A stretch of DNA of 64,000 bases from a virus. Below the pieces are notes generated by a model. The model ran no database searches. It had not been told where the DNA came from and worked only from the letters and a program-made list of their open reading frames with translations. Where the stretch lies: the IMG/VR virus record IMGVR_UViG_3300046328_000506, positions 32,001 through 96,000 of that record. One strand, written 5' to 3'. This document shows, one piece after another, positions 1 to 10,117 of this stretch. How positions within the stretch are numbered: the first letter of the stretch is position 1; every line of letters starts with the position of its first letter. The translations under genes and the position numbers were made by a program.

Positions 1-552
1 AGTAGGGGCATACTCAACTGGTTTTTGTGTAGTAGATTCTGTTTGTTTTTTACCTACATAATCTTTTGTAGTATTAAAATACTTTAGTATAGCATTTGCT
101 TCATTAAGCCTTTTGCTTTCATTTTTTGTAGGTACTTCATCATCACTTTTACCTTTAAATATTTTTTGTAATAATTCACCAGCACCAGTTCTTGACCGTT
201 TTACTTCACCTGTTTCAGAATCTATTGGTTGAATTTCTTTTGTTTTTGTGTCAAACCTATACTGTGTAGGATTTTTTTCTAAATGCCGCACAGCAGCTTT
301 TAATGATTTTATTTCACTTTTTCCTAATTTCCTACCACCAATTTTACCAGAGTTGATAGCTGCGTTCATCATACTCATATTTGAACGAATACCTTCATCA
401 GCAGATTCTTTTAATCTTTCTTCTGATAATTGTGTAGTGGTATTATACAGTTTCTTATACCCAAGCATTTCCCCTTTGTCTTGCTTTTCTTTCTTTTCCG
501 ATTTTCCACCTTCTTGAAATTTACGTACAGTAGATATTAATTCTAATTTCAT
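1..552 (-). CDS. Partial ORF running off the window edge; putative virion internal protein with N-terminal RKFQEGG motif
   Basis: Own translation from ATG at 552: MKLELISTVRKFQEGGKSEKKEK..., open to position 1. Not in the supplied track because it has no stop in the window. Confidence 0.75.
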   Translation of the reverse strand, partial: MKLELISTVRKFQEGGKSEKKEKQDKGEMLGYKKLYNTTTQLSEERLKESADEGIRSNMSMMNAAINSGKIGGRKLGKSEIKSLKAAVRHLEKNPTQYRFDTKTKEIQPIDSETGEVKRSRTGAGELLQKIFKGKSDDEVPTKNESKRLNEANAILKYFNTTKDYVGKKQTESTTQKPVEYAPT

Positions 553-580
553 TTCTTTCTAATTTATATTGTTTACAAAT

Positions 581-859
581 TTAAACATTTGTATTGGAAG
601 ATTGTATAAGTATATCTTCTTCTAATTTAGTATAGCTAATTCCCAATGCCCTTAAATGCTCTGGAAATTCACTCAGGAACAACATCTCTATCTGAGATGT
701 ATTATCTCTGTCATCATCCGTAAGTATGTCTAATAGCCTCTTAATGATAAATAGCACTATGTCTATAATAGGCTTTGCTGCACTTGTGTTTGACAAGGAT
801 TTAGCTAACAAATCTATAAGAGTATTAAGTCCAAGTTTAATAAAATATTTGAATAACAT
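581..859 (-). CDS. Hypothetical protein, lysis-module neighbour
   Basis: 92-aa ORF directly downstream of the amidase; amphipathic N-terminus. Confidence 0.55.
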   Translation of the reverse strand: MLFKYFIKLGLNTLIDLLAKSLSNTSAAKPIIDIVLFIIKRLLDILTDDDRDNTSQIEMLFLSEFPEHLRALGISYTKLEEDILIQSSNTNV

Positions 860-860
860 A

Positions 861-1352
861 TTAATATTTGTTATGTTTTAAAATTGTAAAATTATCTTTA
901 TCATAAATATTTTTTTTAGGGACACCAAGTTCTTGTAAGTATTTTGGAACTGAAAAACAAGGGCATGCTTTTGCTGCAATTTGGTTATGACCTAAGATAA
1001 TAATCTCTGGATATTCTTTCAAATACCATTCAATTATTTCTTTCATTTTTTCTTTTTGTATGTCTGTACGATTATCAATAGGTTGTCCTTTTGCAGTTAT
1101 TCCGCCAATATACGATATGTTTATTGAATTACTATTTGATATATCAATGGTTTCATTTTTATATGCTTGAACTCCATTTGAAGGTTTGGTATTATCTATG
1201 TAACGTTTTACAACTCCATCTGGTTGTATAGTAACATGATAACCCTCTCTTTTCCACTTTAAAGAATTAAGGAAGAAGTGTTGTAGTTTCTGCCAATTCC
1301 AAGTTTGAGGACTGGCTGTTGTGTGTATTACTAAATATTTTATTGTTCTCAT
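861..1352 (-). CDS. N-acetylmuramoyl-L-alanine amidase (T7-lysozyme/Amidase_2 type endolysin)
   Basis: Zn-amidase motifs VIHTTA, GYHVTI, ISYIGG, ILGHNQ, KACPCF. Confidence 0.92.
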   Translation of the reverse strand: MRTIKYLVIHTTASPQTWNWQKLQHFFLNSLKWKREGYHVTIQPDGVVKRYIDNTKPSNGVQAYKNETIDISNSNSINISYIGGITAKGQPIDNRTDIQKEKMKEIIEWYLKEYPEIIILGHNQIAAKACPCFSVPKYLQELGVPKKNIYDKDNFTILKHNKY

Positions 1353-1367
1353 GTGTGTTGTTTTGTC

Positions 1368-1733
1368 TTAACGTGTTAGTTTTACAAATATACCACCAAA
1401 TAATCTAACTGCTCTATAGTAGATTTTAGCGTACTTAAAGTTGTTTTCTTGCATCATTTTTAAAAACAAATCATCTATTTCTTTTCTTGTAAAAGGCATA
1501 CCATTTTCTAAGAATTGGTATAAAGCATCATGTACTAAAGAAGGATAATAAGTTTCTTTAAAATCTGGTGATAACGTAGTCCCATCCCAAGCATATCCAG
1601 CTTTTACAACCACATCTCCCCTTTTATCAATAATTACCCAAATCTTACCAAGTAAATCTCTACCTGTAAAAGATTTATTCTTTATCTCAGTAGAGTATGT
1701 AAAGTCTTTCTCTAATGTAAATTTATATTTCAT
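1368..1733 (-). CDS. DUF1353-like protein
   Basis: Motifs GYAWDG, SLVHDALY, RKEIDDLF, YRAVRLFG. Confidence 0.75.
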   Translation of the reverse strand: MKYKFTLEKDFTYSTEIKNKSFTGRDLLGKIWVIIDKRGDVVVKAGYAWDGTTLSPDFKETYYPSLVHDALYQFLENGMPFTRKEIDDLFLKMMQENNFKYAKIYYRAVRLFGGIFVKLTR

Positions 1734-1960
1734 AAGTAGTTATATAAGATTTTAGTGAGCATTTCGTTTATTGGTAAGTTTTTGTAAGTATCAAAATCCT
1801 TTCCAATTAAAAATATAGGAATACCTGATACTGTAGTGGAATTACCCTTGTATGTTACAATAATATCATAGACTATATTAATGTATGTTTCTGTTAAATC
1901 ATAATTAATAATATCTACATTTCTTTCTATTCCATGATTAGATGGTATTTTTATTATCAT
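1730..1960 (-). CDS. Hypothetical protein
   Basis: 76-aa ORF coupled to the next gene by an ATGA overlap. Confidence 0.55.
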   Translation of the reverse strand: MIIKIPSNHGIERNVDIINYDLTETYINIVYDIIVTYKGNSTTVSGIPIFLIGKDFDTYKNLPINEMLTKILYNYL

Positions 1961-1967
1961 GTTAGTA

Positions 1968-2003
1968 AAAATGGTTCTAACCTTTTTAAAATTAGAACCA
2001 TTT
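1968..2003 (-). terminator. Probable intrinsic terminator hairpin
   Basis: AAATGGTTCTAA / TTAGAACCATTT inverted repeat in an intergenic gap. Confidence 0.55.
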
Positions 2004-2017
2004 AGTTTTTTAAGTTA

Positions 2018-2437
2018 TTATAAATTAGTCCAATTTGCCCAAGATTTAAACTCATCTACTTTATTATCTGAAACTAACTGAAGATAGCTTTCTAAAGCTA
2101 TATCTTGTAAATCAGTAGTAGTAGAAGTTTGTAATGTTAATACTGCGTTTTCAATAGTCCAAGTCATTGTAATTTCATAAGTAAAAGCACCAGTGTTAAC
2201 TAAAGAATATGTACCATTACTGCTTGTATCTTGAATACTAAATTCAGGTAACTGTTTGTATGCACTTTCAGCATTTTGTACTACATTCTGACAAATATTT
2301 ATAAATTCTTCAGAAGCTTCCGTATAAGGGACTGTAATTGTATTTACAAGCGTTTGACTTACGTTAATATTTGCTTCAATTCCAATTGTATAAGGAATAA
2401 TTGGCGTTCCTGTAGAAATAATTTGATAACTGTTCAT
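2018..2437 (-). CDS. Hypothetical (tail-associated?) protein
   Basis: 139-aa Thr/Ile-rich ORF downstream of fibre genes. Confidence 0.6.
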   Translation of the reverse strand: MNSYQIISTGTPIIPYTIGIEANINVSQTLVNTITVPYTEASEEFINICQNVVQNAESAYKQLPEFSIQDTSSNGTYSLVNTGAFTYEITMTWTIENAVLTLQTSTTTDLQDIALESYLQLVSDNKVDEFKSWANWTNL

Positions 2438-2456
2438 TTGTTTTTTATTTTAATTG

Positions 2457-4226
2457 TTAAAAATATGTTGTTGAAACTACTACTTCATTGGCGACTCCTG
2501 TTGCTGTATTGTCATTATTTACTATACCCGATGTAATGGCTAAACTAAAACCTGTCGGAAGTCTTATTCCAAATGCACCACAATCTATAGAAACACTCTG
2601 CCCTGCTGGAATAAAATAATTCAATGTAGCATTTGTAGTTCCCATTACAACTGAAGCACTCAAAGAGTTAAATATTTTCAACCATCTTCCTGTCGCAGAT
2701 ATATTACTACAATGTATATTATTCAATACTGTAGCACCTGATTTAATTTGAATTAAACTATTTGTAGCATTAGACACTATATTAGTATGTGTAGAAGCCC
2801 CTTGTGCTGTGCTACCTACATTTGTTACTACACTGTTTGCACCTAAATTGGCAGTTACTGTACCTGAAACAGCTTGGGTATTTACATAAGTAGGAATTGT
2901 AGATTGTAAACCGTTTACTAATAAAGTAGTTGTTCCTCCTGTAGTTGCTGTAGTAAGCCTTAAAATAAAATATCTCGCTATTACATTTGTTATTCTTAAA
3001 GCCGTAGTATTAAAAGTACCAGAAATACCTCCACCAATAGGGTCAAATAACTGCCCATTTTGTCTTACGGCTAAAGTAGGGTCATTACTCCACTGCCCTG
3101 TAATTACACCTGTCGTACCTATTGAAGTACATTGTATAGATAAACTTCTAAGTTGTGAGCAATCTATTACTAATAAATCTGTGTTGATAGGTATCACTCC
3201 TACTTGTGAAAAAGAAAATGGTGTTAATGGTACTTGTGTTGCTTGAATATTTTCGCTAGCACTCATTACACCTATCTCTAACTTATTGTGATTTTTACAA
3301 GTAATATAATCAAGAATAATGTTGGTATTAGTTGCAGGAGGAGTTGCTCCATTTAATACTGCAACACCAGCACCCATTGTATCATATTGACTTGGAATAA
3401 CCCTTGTATGTCTTGCTACTCTTATTTCGTTAATATAAAAAACTACTTCTTCAGTAAGTAATTCGACACGATATTCTAAACTTGTTGCTGTAGTTAAACC
3501 GTTTGGAATTGTTACAACTGTCTCTTGAATTTCATTACCTGTCGGAGCTATTGTTGGATTTCTTGCAGTTTGACATTTTATTGTAGTATTTGTCGTACCA
3601 TCTGCTTGAAATCTTGCAAACCATTTAGTAGGAGAACCCTCATCATTTAAACCAATATTAATTGTCTGATTTATAATTCTTTGAGATATACTTAAACCTG
3701 CTCTATATACTAATGGAGCTACATCAACAAATCTACCTAATACTGTTACAGCACTTGCTGTAGTTCCTGCGGCTATCGTAGCTGCTCCAGAAGCCACTGA
3801 TGTTGTTGCTCCTGTTCCAGTAAAACTTCTTACTATTTGTCTACTTGCTACACCTGTTGTAGTTGCCCCTGTATAAGGTGTTTCAAGAATTATTTGTGTA
3901 GGAGTAATTGTATCTATTTGAACAAGTGTGCTCTCAGCATGACCGTCAATATTTACATAATCACCTGCTTTTACATCATAAGTATTAAATGCTGTTCCCG
4001 TAACTATATCACTTCCATTTGTAAAAGTACAAGTGCCAATACTAACTCTTAAAGAAGTATTTGCAAAGTTTACTCTAAAAGTACCTTCATCTGTTAAAGC
4101 AGCACCTCTCATCATAAGATTACCATCTGCATCAAAAGAGGCTTCTACTACATCTGGCGCAATAGGAGCTACTGGAGGATAATAATCTTTTTGTATTCCG
4201 TTTAATCTAAAATTTTCTGCGTACAT
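2457..4226 (-). CDS. Tail fibre / receptor-binding-like structural protein
   Basis: 589 aa, Thr/Gly/Val-rich beta-type composition; N-terminal GTCTFTNGSDIVTG module resembles one in 35894..36673. Confidence 0.65.
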   Translation of the reverse strand: MYAENFRLNGIQKDYYPPVAPIAPDVVEASFDADGNLMMRGAALTDEGTFRVNFANTSLRVSIGTCTFTNGSDIVTGTAFNTYDVKAGDYVNIDGHAESTLVQIDTITPTQIILETPYTGATTTGVASRQIVRSFTGTGATTSVASGAATIAAGTTASAVTVLGRFVDVAPLVYRAGLSISQRIINQTINIGLNDEGSPTKWFARFQADGTTNTTIKCQTARNPTIAPTGNEIQETVVTIPNGLTTATSLEYRVELLTEEVVFYINEIRVARHTRVIPSQYDTMGAGVAVLNGATPPATNTNIILDYITCKNHNKLEIGVMSASENIQATQVPLTPFSFSQVGVIPINTDLLVIDCSQLRSLSIQCTSIGTTGVITGQWSNDPTLAVRQNGQLFDPIGGGISGTFNTTALRITNVIARYFILRLTTATTGGTTTLLVNGLQSTIPTYVNTQAVSGTVTANLGANSVVTNVGSTAQGASTHTNIVSNATNSLIQIKSGATVLNNIHCSNISATGRWLKIFNSLSASVVMGTTNATLNYFIPAGQSVSIDCGAFGIRLPTGFSLAITSGIVNNDNTATGVANEVVVSTTYF

Positions 4227-4229
4227 ATA

Positions 4230-4658
4230 TTAGCTTAATATAAAGTTAGTATCGTTTGAAATTATTGTAATAAAAGTATTTTGATGTCTAATTATTAAAT
4301 TTACATCATTATTAATCGTTTGTCCTCCTGTTGTGATAACAGTAATAATATTACCTGTAGAATCTGTTTTTACTATTGATACTTCTTTACCAGCATTACT
4401 AATAGCAGTTGGTAAAGTAAGAGTAACATCACCTGAAGTACAATTTACTTGATAAATAGTATTATAAACTAAACTTGTATTTGTACTTATAGAAGATATA
4501 GTCGGAGGTGTAGGTGCTGAAGGAGTAGACGGATTATCTATCCAAGTACCAGCACTTCTCAGTTCTAATTTACCAGTATCTAAATTAAAAATTACATCTC
4601 CATTAGACCAACTTCTTGCTGCAATTTCAGCATTTGTATATCCTATATTTGCTTGCAT
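4230..4658 (-). CDS. Fibre-associated structural protein
   Basis: VNCTSGDVTLTLPTA...GKEVSIVKTD...GGQTIN module common in phage fibre/decoration proteins. Confidence 0.6.
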   Translation of the reverse strand: MQANIGYTNAEIAARSWSNGDVIFNLDTGKLELRSAGTWIDNPSTPSAPTPPTISSISTNTSLVYNTIYQVNCTSGDVTLTLPTAISNAGKEVSIVKTDSTGNIITVITTGGQTINNDVNLIIRHQNTFITIISNDTNFILS

Positions 4659-5068
4659 TATTTTACATATTTATTGAAATATCCAAGAGAATCACCTCTT
4701 GCTATTGCATTATTAATTAAATCATCAACTATTGTAGGTTGTGTAAGTAAAAATTGAAAGAAATCAAACTCACCTATTGGTTCACCTTTTGTATCTGTGT
4801 GTAACAAAGTTGGAGGTAAAGTAGAATTATCATATTCTAAATACTCACCAGTTAAACTATAAACTTGTTCGTTATTACTTGCAATTAATTCACCTGTTGT
4901 AGTTAGGTTTTCTATTACTTCCCCAAGATTATTCTCGTGGTATATTTTGACAAAGAATAATACTGAGTTAGCATCTTCTGAATCAAATAAAAATTTCTTC
5001 TTTTCAGCATAGTAAAATCTTTTTACTCCTGCTATTTTTGGATAATCTGATATGTATATTTTTGTCAT
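4658..5068 (-). CDS. Hypothetical protein
   Basis: 136-aa ORF in the fibre operon, TAATG coupling. Confidence 0.6.
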   Translation of the reverse strand: MTKIYISDYPKIAGVKRFYYAEKKKFLFDSEDANSVLFFVKIYHENNLGEVIENLTTTGELIASNNEQVYSLTGEYLEYDNSTLPPTLLHTDTKGEPIGEFDFFQFLLTQPTIVDDLINNAIARGDSLGYFNKYVK

Positions 5069-5078
5069 ATTTTGTATT

Positions 5079-5849
5079 TTAGTATGTTATTGTTGAACCA
5101 AGAGAATTAACCCAAGCACCACCACCTAAGTTAGACGTAGCACCAAAGCTATTAAGTGTTGTGTGCAGTTGGTTTGGGCTATTATCTGTGGCTTGCGTGC
5201 CTGACTTTTGATTAAAATTATAATTTACTACAATGTTACTTTCTAACCCACTTATGTTATTCCCAAAAGATGTATATAGTTGATTTATTTGTCCTACAGT
5301 TATGTTATTATTAAATATTTTAAAATCATACAAAATCATATTTTGAAAATTTGTATTTGCTGGCTGTAAGACTGGTGGGTTAATATCTGCATTAACACCT
5401 CCTATTGTCAAATAAGTATTTGATACATTTATGTTAGTAATCAATGCATTTGTACCTGTATTTACTAAAACACCATCAACATATAATAGCAAAGAAGTAC
5501 CATTTCTTACCATTGTTACTTGGTATGTTCTATTTAATGAAATAGTTGGACTGGTAATTACTACTGAGTTACCTGCTGAATTTCTAATAGTTGCATAAAA
5601 AACACCTGTGCTTAATACATATATACTATAATTAGGAACTCCATTATAAACACTAAAAACTATTCCGTCAACAGGATTTAATGAAATTACATTTACAATA
5701 GTAGAAATAGAGAAATTACCTGTTCCAAAGTTAAAAATACTTGCAGGAGAAGGTGTAAAGGTACTTTGATTTGTACCATTAAACTTTAAACCATTTCCAA
5801 TCTGATTGACTGTGATTAAGTCTGTATTTCCTTTTGTTAAAGTTTTCAA
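5079..5849 (-). CDS. LamG/concanavalin A-like lectin domain protein
   Basis: GNGLKFNG, NFSIS, VTMVRNG..LLYVDGVLV, LYDFKIFN, YNFNQKSG; paralogue of 5846..6601. Confidence 0.8.
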   Translation of the reverse strand: MKTLTKGNTDLITVNQIGNGLKFNGTNQSTFTPSPASIFNFGTGNFSISTIVNVISLNPVDGIVFSVYNGVPNYSIYVLSTGVFYATIRNSAGNSVVITSPTISLNRTYQVTMVRNGTSLLLYVDGVLVNTGTNALITNINVSNTYLTIGGVNADINPPVLQPANTNFQNMILYDFKIFNNNITVGQINQLYTSFGNNISGLESNIVVNYNFNQKSGTQATDNSPNQLHTTLNSFGATSNLGGGAWVNSLGSTITY

Positions 5850-6601
5850 TATGTTATGCTACCTCCTAAGCTATTTACCCATGAATTATTTACTCCTAAA
5901 CTTGTATTTGCAAAATTAGTAAGAGTTCCATTTAAGTTATTTGTAGATTTATCTATTAATGTATTCCCTTGTTTTTGATTAAAGTCGTAATTAGCAACTA
6001 TGTTAGAAGTAAGTCCTGTTAAATTTGTTCCAAAACTTTCGTATAATTGAGTAGCCTCCCCTGTAGAAAGAGCTTTATTAACTATCTTTAAATCGTATAT
6101 TATGTGATTAGCATAATAAGCGTAGTTTGGTAAATATACAACACTACCTAATTGCCAGTTTGTATATGCTTGTGTATTATCTGCCAATGTAAATCCCCCT
6201 GAATATAAAGGTATTGCCTCTGTTACTTGTCCATTGACATTAAAATATCCTGTTCCATCACCTCTTGCTATAAAAGAAACATTGTAAAGTACATTTATAG
6301 AAAGATTAACATTAATATATAAGTCTAATAATCGAGAATTTCCAGAAAACAACTGAACATCAATAAAAGAAGCAGCATATACTATTCTATAACTTCTTAA
6401 AGTAATTGAACTCGTATCTTGTGCTGAAAGAATATAATTGTTATTTACGCTAAACGCTTTTGGTGTAAATGAAAAATAGAAAGAAATTGGTGAAATTGGA
6501 GTAGTTGGTACACTATTTAACCCACTTCCTAAATTAACAAAATCATTTACTCCATCATATAACAAACCATTTCCTATCAAATTTGCTGTTCCTACATTCA
6601 T
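5846..6601 (-). CDS. LamG/concanavalin A-like lectin domain protein
   Basis: GNGLLYDGVNDFV, IYDLKIVNKALS, YDFNQKQG..LIDKS.N.LNGTL. Confidence 0.8.
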   Translation of the reverse strand: MNVGTANLIGNGLLYDGVNDFVNLGSGLNSVPTTPISPISFYFSFTPKAFSVNNNYILSAQDTSSITLRSYRIVYAASFIDVQLFSGNSRLLDLYINVNLSINVLYNVSFIARGDGTGYFNVNGQVTEAIPLYSGGFTLADNTQAYTNWQLGSVVYLPNYAYYANHIIYDLKIVNKALSTGEATQLYESFGTNLTGLTSNIVANYDFNQKQGNTLIDKSTNNLNGTLTNFANTSLGVNNSWVNSLGGSITY

Positions 6602-7935
6602 TACGCTAATTTAGTTAAGTTAAAGTTTGTAGAAGTTATCGTGTTATTCGCGTTTGCAGTTCCCCAAATTACTGTTACACTTAGAAGTTGAGATATTGTA
6701 GTATCAACAGTATTTGTAGCTGTATTAAGCAAACATATTTTTTCTTCTGTGGTATTATCTCTGAAATACTTAAATAAACCTTGTGAGAATATTGTACCAC
6801 TTACACCAGTTGTTCTATTAGTCAATTCAAAATCTAATTCAAATCTTCTTGTGCCAGTAATACTTAATAAAGTTGTTGCTGTTGTATCTAAAATAGTTAC
6901 AGCATTTAATTTTACTTGTATTCTAATAGTAGGTGGGATAGCGTCATCACCGATAAAACCTTGCACTCTACCTTTCAAAGTTTTACCAACCACAAAGAAA
7001 CTTGCAGGTAAAGAAAGAGTACCTTGCCCAGTCCCTAATAAAGTTGTTTCTGCTACAGTATTAGCTACTGTTTGACTTGCAGTTTGAGTAAATATTGTGG
7101 CGTTTAACCACTCGTTTATTCCACCTATGTCATATCTATAAGATTGTTGTGCTGAATCCCAAATATCTAATCCTGTTATTTCTTGTGGAGGTGCTGCTAT
7201 ACCTGATAAATTGCCTAAAAATCTATTATTCTGAATGTTTTGAATTTCAGTAAGTAAGATTTGAGCAAAAGGAAGGCTACGCCAAGTAGTACCATCGTAC
7301 CACTCTAATCTACCTGTTGTTGTATTTGAATACAATTGACCAATTAAAGGCGAAGGGATGGCAACACTTCTATTAGCTGTAGTTCCACTAAATCTTTCAA
7401 CAAAAGTGTTAAAAGCTATATTAGTAATATTACCAGAACTTCTACCAACTAAACTATTTGTTGTAACAGCAAAATCTTGTTCATTAGCTAATGCTGCTGT
7501 AGGATTAGATTTGATTGTATTTGCAGCACCTTGAGCTAATTGTGTGTTAGTAATTGAGTTATTTATTACTATTGCAGTAATTGAAGGAGTTCCATCATTA
7601 TACGTAAAATCAATTGTAGAACTATCTACTAAAATCGTACCTACAGCGTCTTGCGCTTGCTCATCTGTATAAAGTGCACCACCAACTTCCATATCCCACA
7701 ATACCCATGTAGCTGATAAATAAAGAATACCATCACCAGGCTGAACAGTAGTTCCTCCAACTGTACCACTATTAGTTCCGATTAACCATAAATCACCTTC
7801 AGTAGGAGTAGACGGATAACTTGGATTTGTATTGGCATTAGTAATAATACCTTTAACATTTATTACATTACCACTTACTACACCAGTTTCATAATAGTCT
7901 AACTCGTTTGTAAATGGATTAAATTTCCATGCCAT
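6601..7935 (-). CDS. Tail fibre-like structural protein
   Basis: MAWKFNPFT N-terminus, EQAQDAVG repeat-type motif, GQLYSNTTTGRLEWYDGTTW motif typical of fibres. Confidence 0.65.
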   Translation of the reverse strand: MAWKFNPFTNELDYYETGVVSGNVINVKGIITNANTNPSYPSTPTEGDLWLIGTNSGTVGGTTVQPGDGILYLSATWVLWDMEVGGALYTDEQAQDAVGTILVDSSTIDFTYNDGTPSITAIVINNSITNTQLAQGAANTIKSNPTAALANEQDFAVTTNSLVGRSSGNITNIAFNTFVERFSGTTANRSVAIPSPLIGQLYSNTTTGRLEWYDGTTWRSLPFAQILLTEIQNIQNNRFLGNLSGIAAPPQEITGLDIWDSAQQSYRYDIGGINEWLNATIFTQTASQTVANTVAETTLLGTGQGTLSLPASFFVVGKTLKGRVQGFIGDDAIPPTIRIQVKLNAVTILDTTATTLLSITGTRRFELDFELTNRTTGVSGTIFSQGLFKYFRDNTTEEKICLLNTATNTVDTTISQLLSVTVIWGTANANNTITSTNFNLTKLA

Positions 7936-7953
7936 ATTTTTATATTTTTATAA

Positions 7954-8787
7954 TTATATTACTGTCCAAGAAGCAAATCCCCCCATATTTTCAAATCTGA
8001 AATTACTTCTGCATCCGTAAGGACTATTATCTTGTGTAGTTCCAAATATATACTCTTTACTTACTACATCAAAAACAACAGTGCTTGTAAAAACAGTTAC
8101 GTTATTTCTTTTAAATTCTAATCTACCATTAGGTAATACTAACATCTCATAATCAGCAGATGTCGCTGTATTTGCAGCAAAAACAAATGTTGTTGAACTT
8201 GGATTATATTCATACCACAGAGGAGTATGTCCTCCTGGAGTGTGCATTTGCATTACTACTGTAGGGTTTGTATAACTTGGAGTTATATAATTTCCAGCAT
8301 TAGCTTCAACATTACCTCGTTCTTGTAAGAAATATTGTAAAGAACCTAACCATCCTGAAGGAGTGTTATCTTCCATAGTCCATTTCATAGAAGAACCTAC
8401 TTGTACTTTTCTTGCTGATACAGTATTTAAGTAAGGGTTAGGAGTACAATTATTGATATTATTTGTGTAACATATCCAACCATCTCCACCAGAACCATAT
8501 TCAAATTGTATCATTTCAGTAGGAGAGCATATTACAGAATCTACAAATTCAACAAAACTAATACTATCACTACAAGCTGTCCCAAAAGCAGTATAGTTAG
8601 CAGTTACATTAAATGTAAAATTACCACTGACACCAATATCTCCAGCACTTGTTAAAGTTAGATTAGGAGCAGAATATGAAGCAGTTAAAGGGTAACTTAC
8701 GTTACTTTGGACTGCTGTAGCTGTAAATGATAATCCTGTAACCGAAGCTAAATTAGATACAGTTTTTACTAAATTTATCGTTGGCAT
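7954..8787 (-). CDS. Putative structural protein (Ig-like plus beta domain)
   Basis: 277 aa, Thr/Ser/Val-rich, in the fibre operon. Confidence 0.55.
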   Translation of the reverse strand: MPTINLVKTVSNLASVTGLSFTATAVQSNVSYPLTASYSAPNLTLTSAGDIGVSGNFTFNVTANYTAFGTACSDSISFVEFVDSVICSPTEMIQFEYGSGGDGWICYTNNINNCTPNPYLNTVSARKVQVGSSMKWTMEDNTPSGWLGSLQYFLQERGNVEANAGNYITPSYTNPTVVMQMHTPGGHTPLWYEYNPSSTTFVFAANTATSADYEMLVLPNGRLEFKRNNVTVFTSTVVFDVVSKEYIFGTTQDNSPYGCRSNFRFENMGGFASWTVI

Positions 8788-8788
8788 A

Positions 8789-9577
8789 TTAACTGTAGAT
8801 TAAAGCTGCTCTATTATCCCAAATATTTGTATGAGTTTGTGTTCCACCTGCCCAAGTAATTGTTAAACTACCTGTTGCTACAACTTCAACCATTCTCATT
8901 ATTTTCCATGTAGCAGCATTTGTTAAAGTTCCAGGTAAAGCCCATCCTACATAAGTTGTAGTTGAACCTGCTCCTGGAGTATTTGCTAATACATCTGTTC
9001 TTAAGACTGGTACTCCTCCTGTATTAACATGTATTCTACCGTATAAATCAGCAGAAGTTTGTATGTAGTCGCCAGTATTAGAAGTTGTAGATGAAAGTAC
9101 ATCTTGTCTTACTCCTAATATACTTACTCCACCATCACCACTTGCAGCTGGAGTATCCTCATACTTTACTAAATCATTTAATTTAGCTATAGTAGAAGTC
9201 TTAAAATCATTTACCTCAGCTATTAAATCAAGAATACTGTTTTGTATATCTGTAGTAACTACTAATAATGCTTGTAGCTCTGTAATAGCTGTTTGTAGCT
9301 CTGTTACAATAAGATTTGAGTTAGTTACCAATAAAGTAGTATCTGCTTCTATTGCTGTAACTAATGTTATAACGTTATTTAAAGAAGTTTCTATAGCTGC
9401 TGTATTAGCATCAATAGCCTGTACTGCCAATAATATCTCTGCTGTATCACTTTTTATATTTGTAAGTCTTGTTGTAATACCTACAAGATATGATTCAAGT
9501 AAATCTGGGTCTATAATCCTTGCCCAAATAGCTTGTAGTAACTCTATAATTCTCCCTGTTTCTATCGTTGTTTGCAT
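8789..9577 (-). CDS. Putative fibre/structural protein with coiled-coil N-half
   Basis: Heptad-like N-half; C-terminal TYVGWA.PG....ATWKIMR...W...WDNRAAL.YS motif seen in phage structural proteins. Confidence 0.6.
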   Translation of the reverse strand: MQTTIETGRIIELLQAIWARIIDPDLLESYLVGITTRLTNIKSDTAEILLAVQAIDANTAAIETSLNNVITLVTAIEADTTLLVTNSNLIVTELQTAITELQALLVVTTDIQNSILDLIAEVNDFKTSTIAKLNDLVKYEDTPAASGDGGVSILGVRQDVLSSTTSNTGDYIQTSADLYGRIHVNTGGVPVLRTDVLANTPGAGSTTTYVGWALPGTLTNAATWKIMRMVEVVATGSLTITWAGGTQTHTNIWDNRAALIYS

Positions 9578-10060
9578 ATAATTCTAATCTTTCTATGGTA
9601 CTTATATTGTTTTACAATGACTGTAGTTATTGTTCCAAATGTTGTAAGACATTGTTCACTAATATCGGAAGATTATCTCAATAGTTTATAGTATAGAACT
9701 TTGATACATAAATACTACAGAATATTAATATCATTATTTTTTATCATATAAAATACAACAGATTGCATCTGAGCTACAGTATATTGTATGTGCACATTCA
9801 AAAACTTATAAATATTGTCTTTCTATAGAGGAACAATTGTATACAACAACTCAGGTTTCACTACGGTGTAAGTGCTAAATACCCTATAACGCATTGATAC
9901 AGATACTCTTATACCACTATTTTACTGGTTTTAGAGTTAGCTATCATTAATATATGGCTAAATCGTAAAGTGTTAAAAATGCCCTTTATCAAATTGAGTA
10001 TTAGATAGTTACAACAAATATTCACTTTCACGCCTGTGAAAATAAAACAGTTACCATAAA

Positions 10061-10092
10061 TTTGCATGTATGTGAAAATATTCGTATATTTG
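10061..10092 (+). promoter_or_regulatory. Bacteroidota sigma-A promoter
   Basis: TTTG (10061-10064), 20-nt spacer, TATATTTG (10085-10092) upstream of 10118. Confidence 0.8.
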
Positions 10093-10117
10093 TAAACGAT
10101 TATAAACAATTTACATT

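Noticed and set aside
248-517. Plus-strand 89-aa ORF and the many other short antisense ORFs in the track (e.g. 2276, 6749, 13683, 19402, 31714, 36637, 42150, 49865)
   Set aside because: They are shadows of longer, motif-bearing genes on the opposite strand, with Phe/Leu/Ser-rich antisense composition.
2457-9577. Diversity-generating retroelement or invertible cassette acting on fibre genes
   Set aside because: No reverse transcriptase, recombinase or near-identical TR/VR nucleotide repeat is visible in this window.
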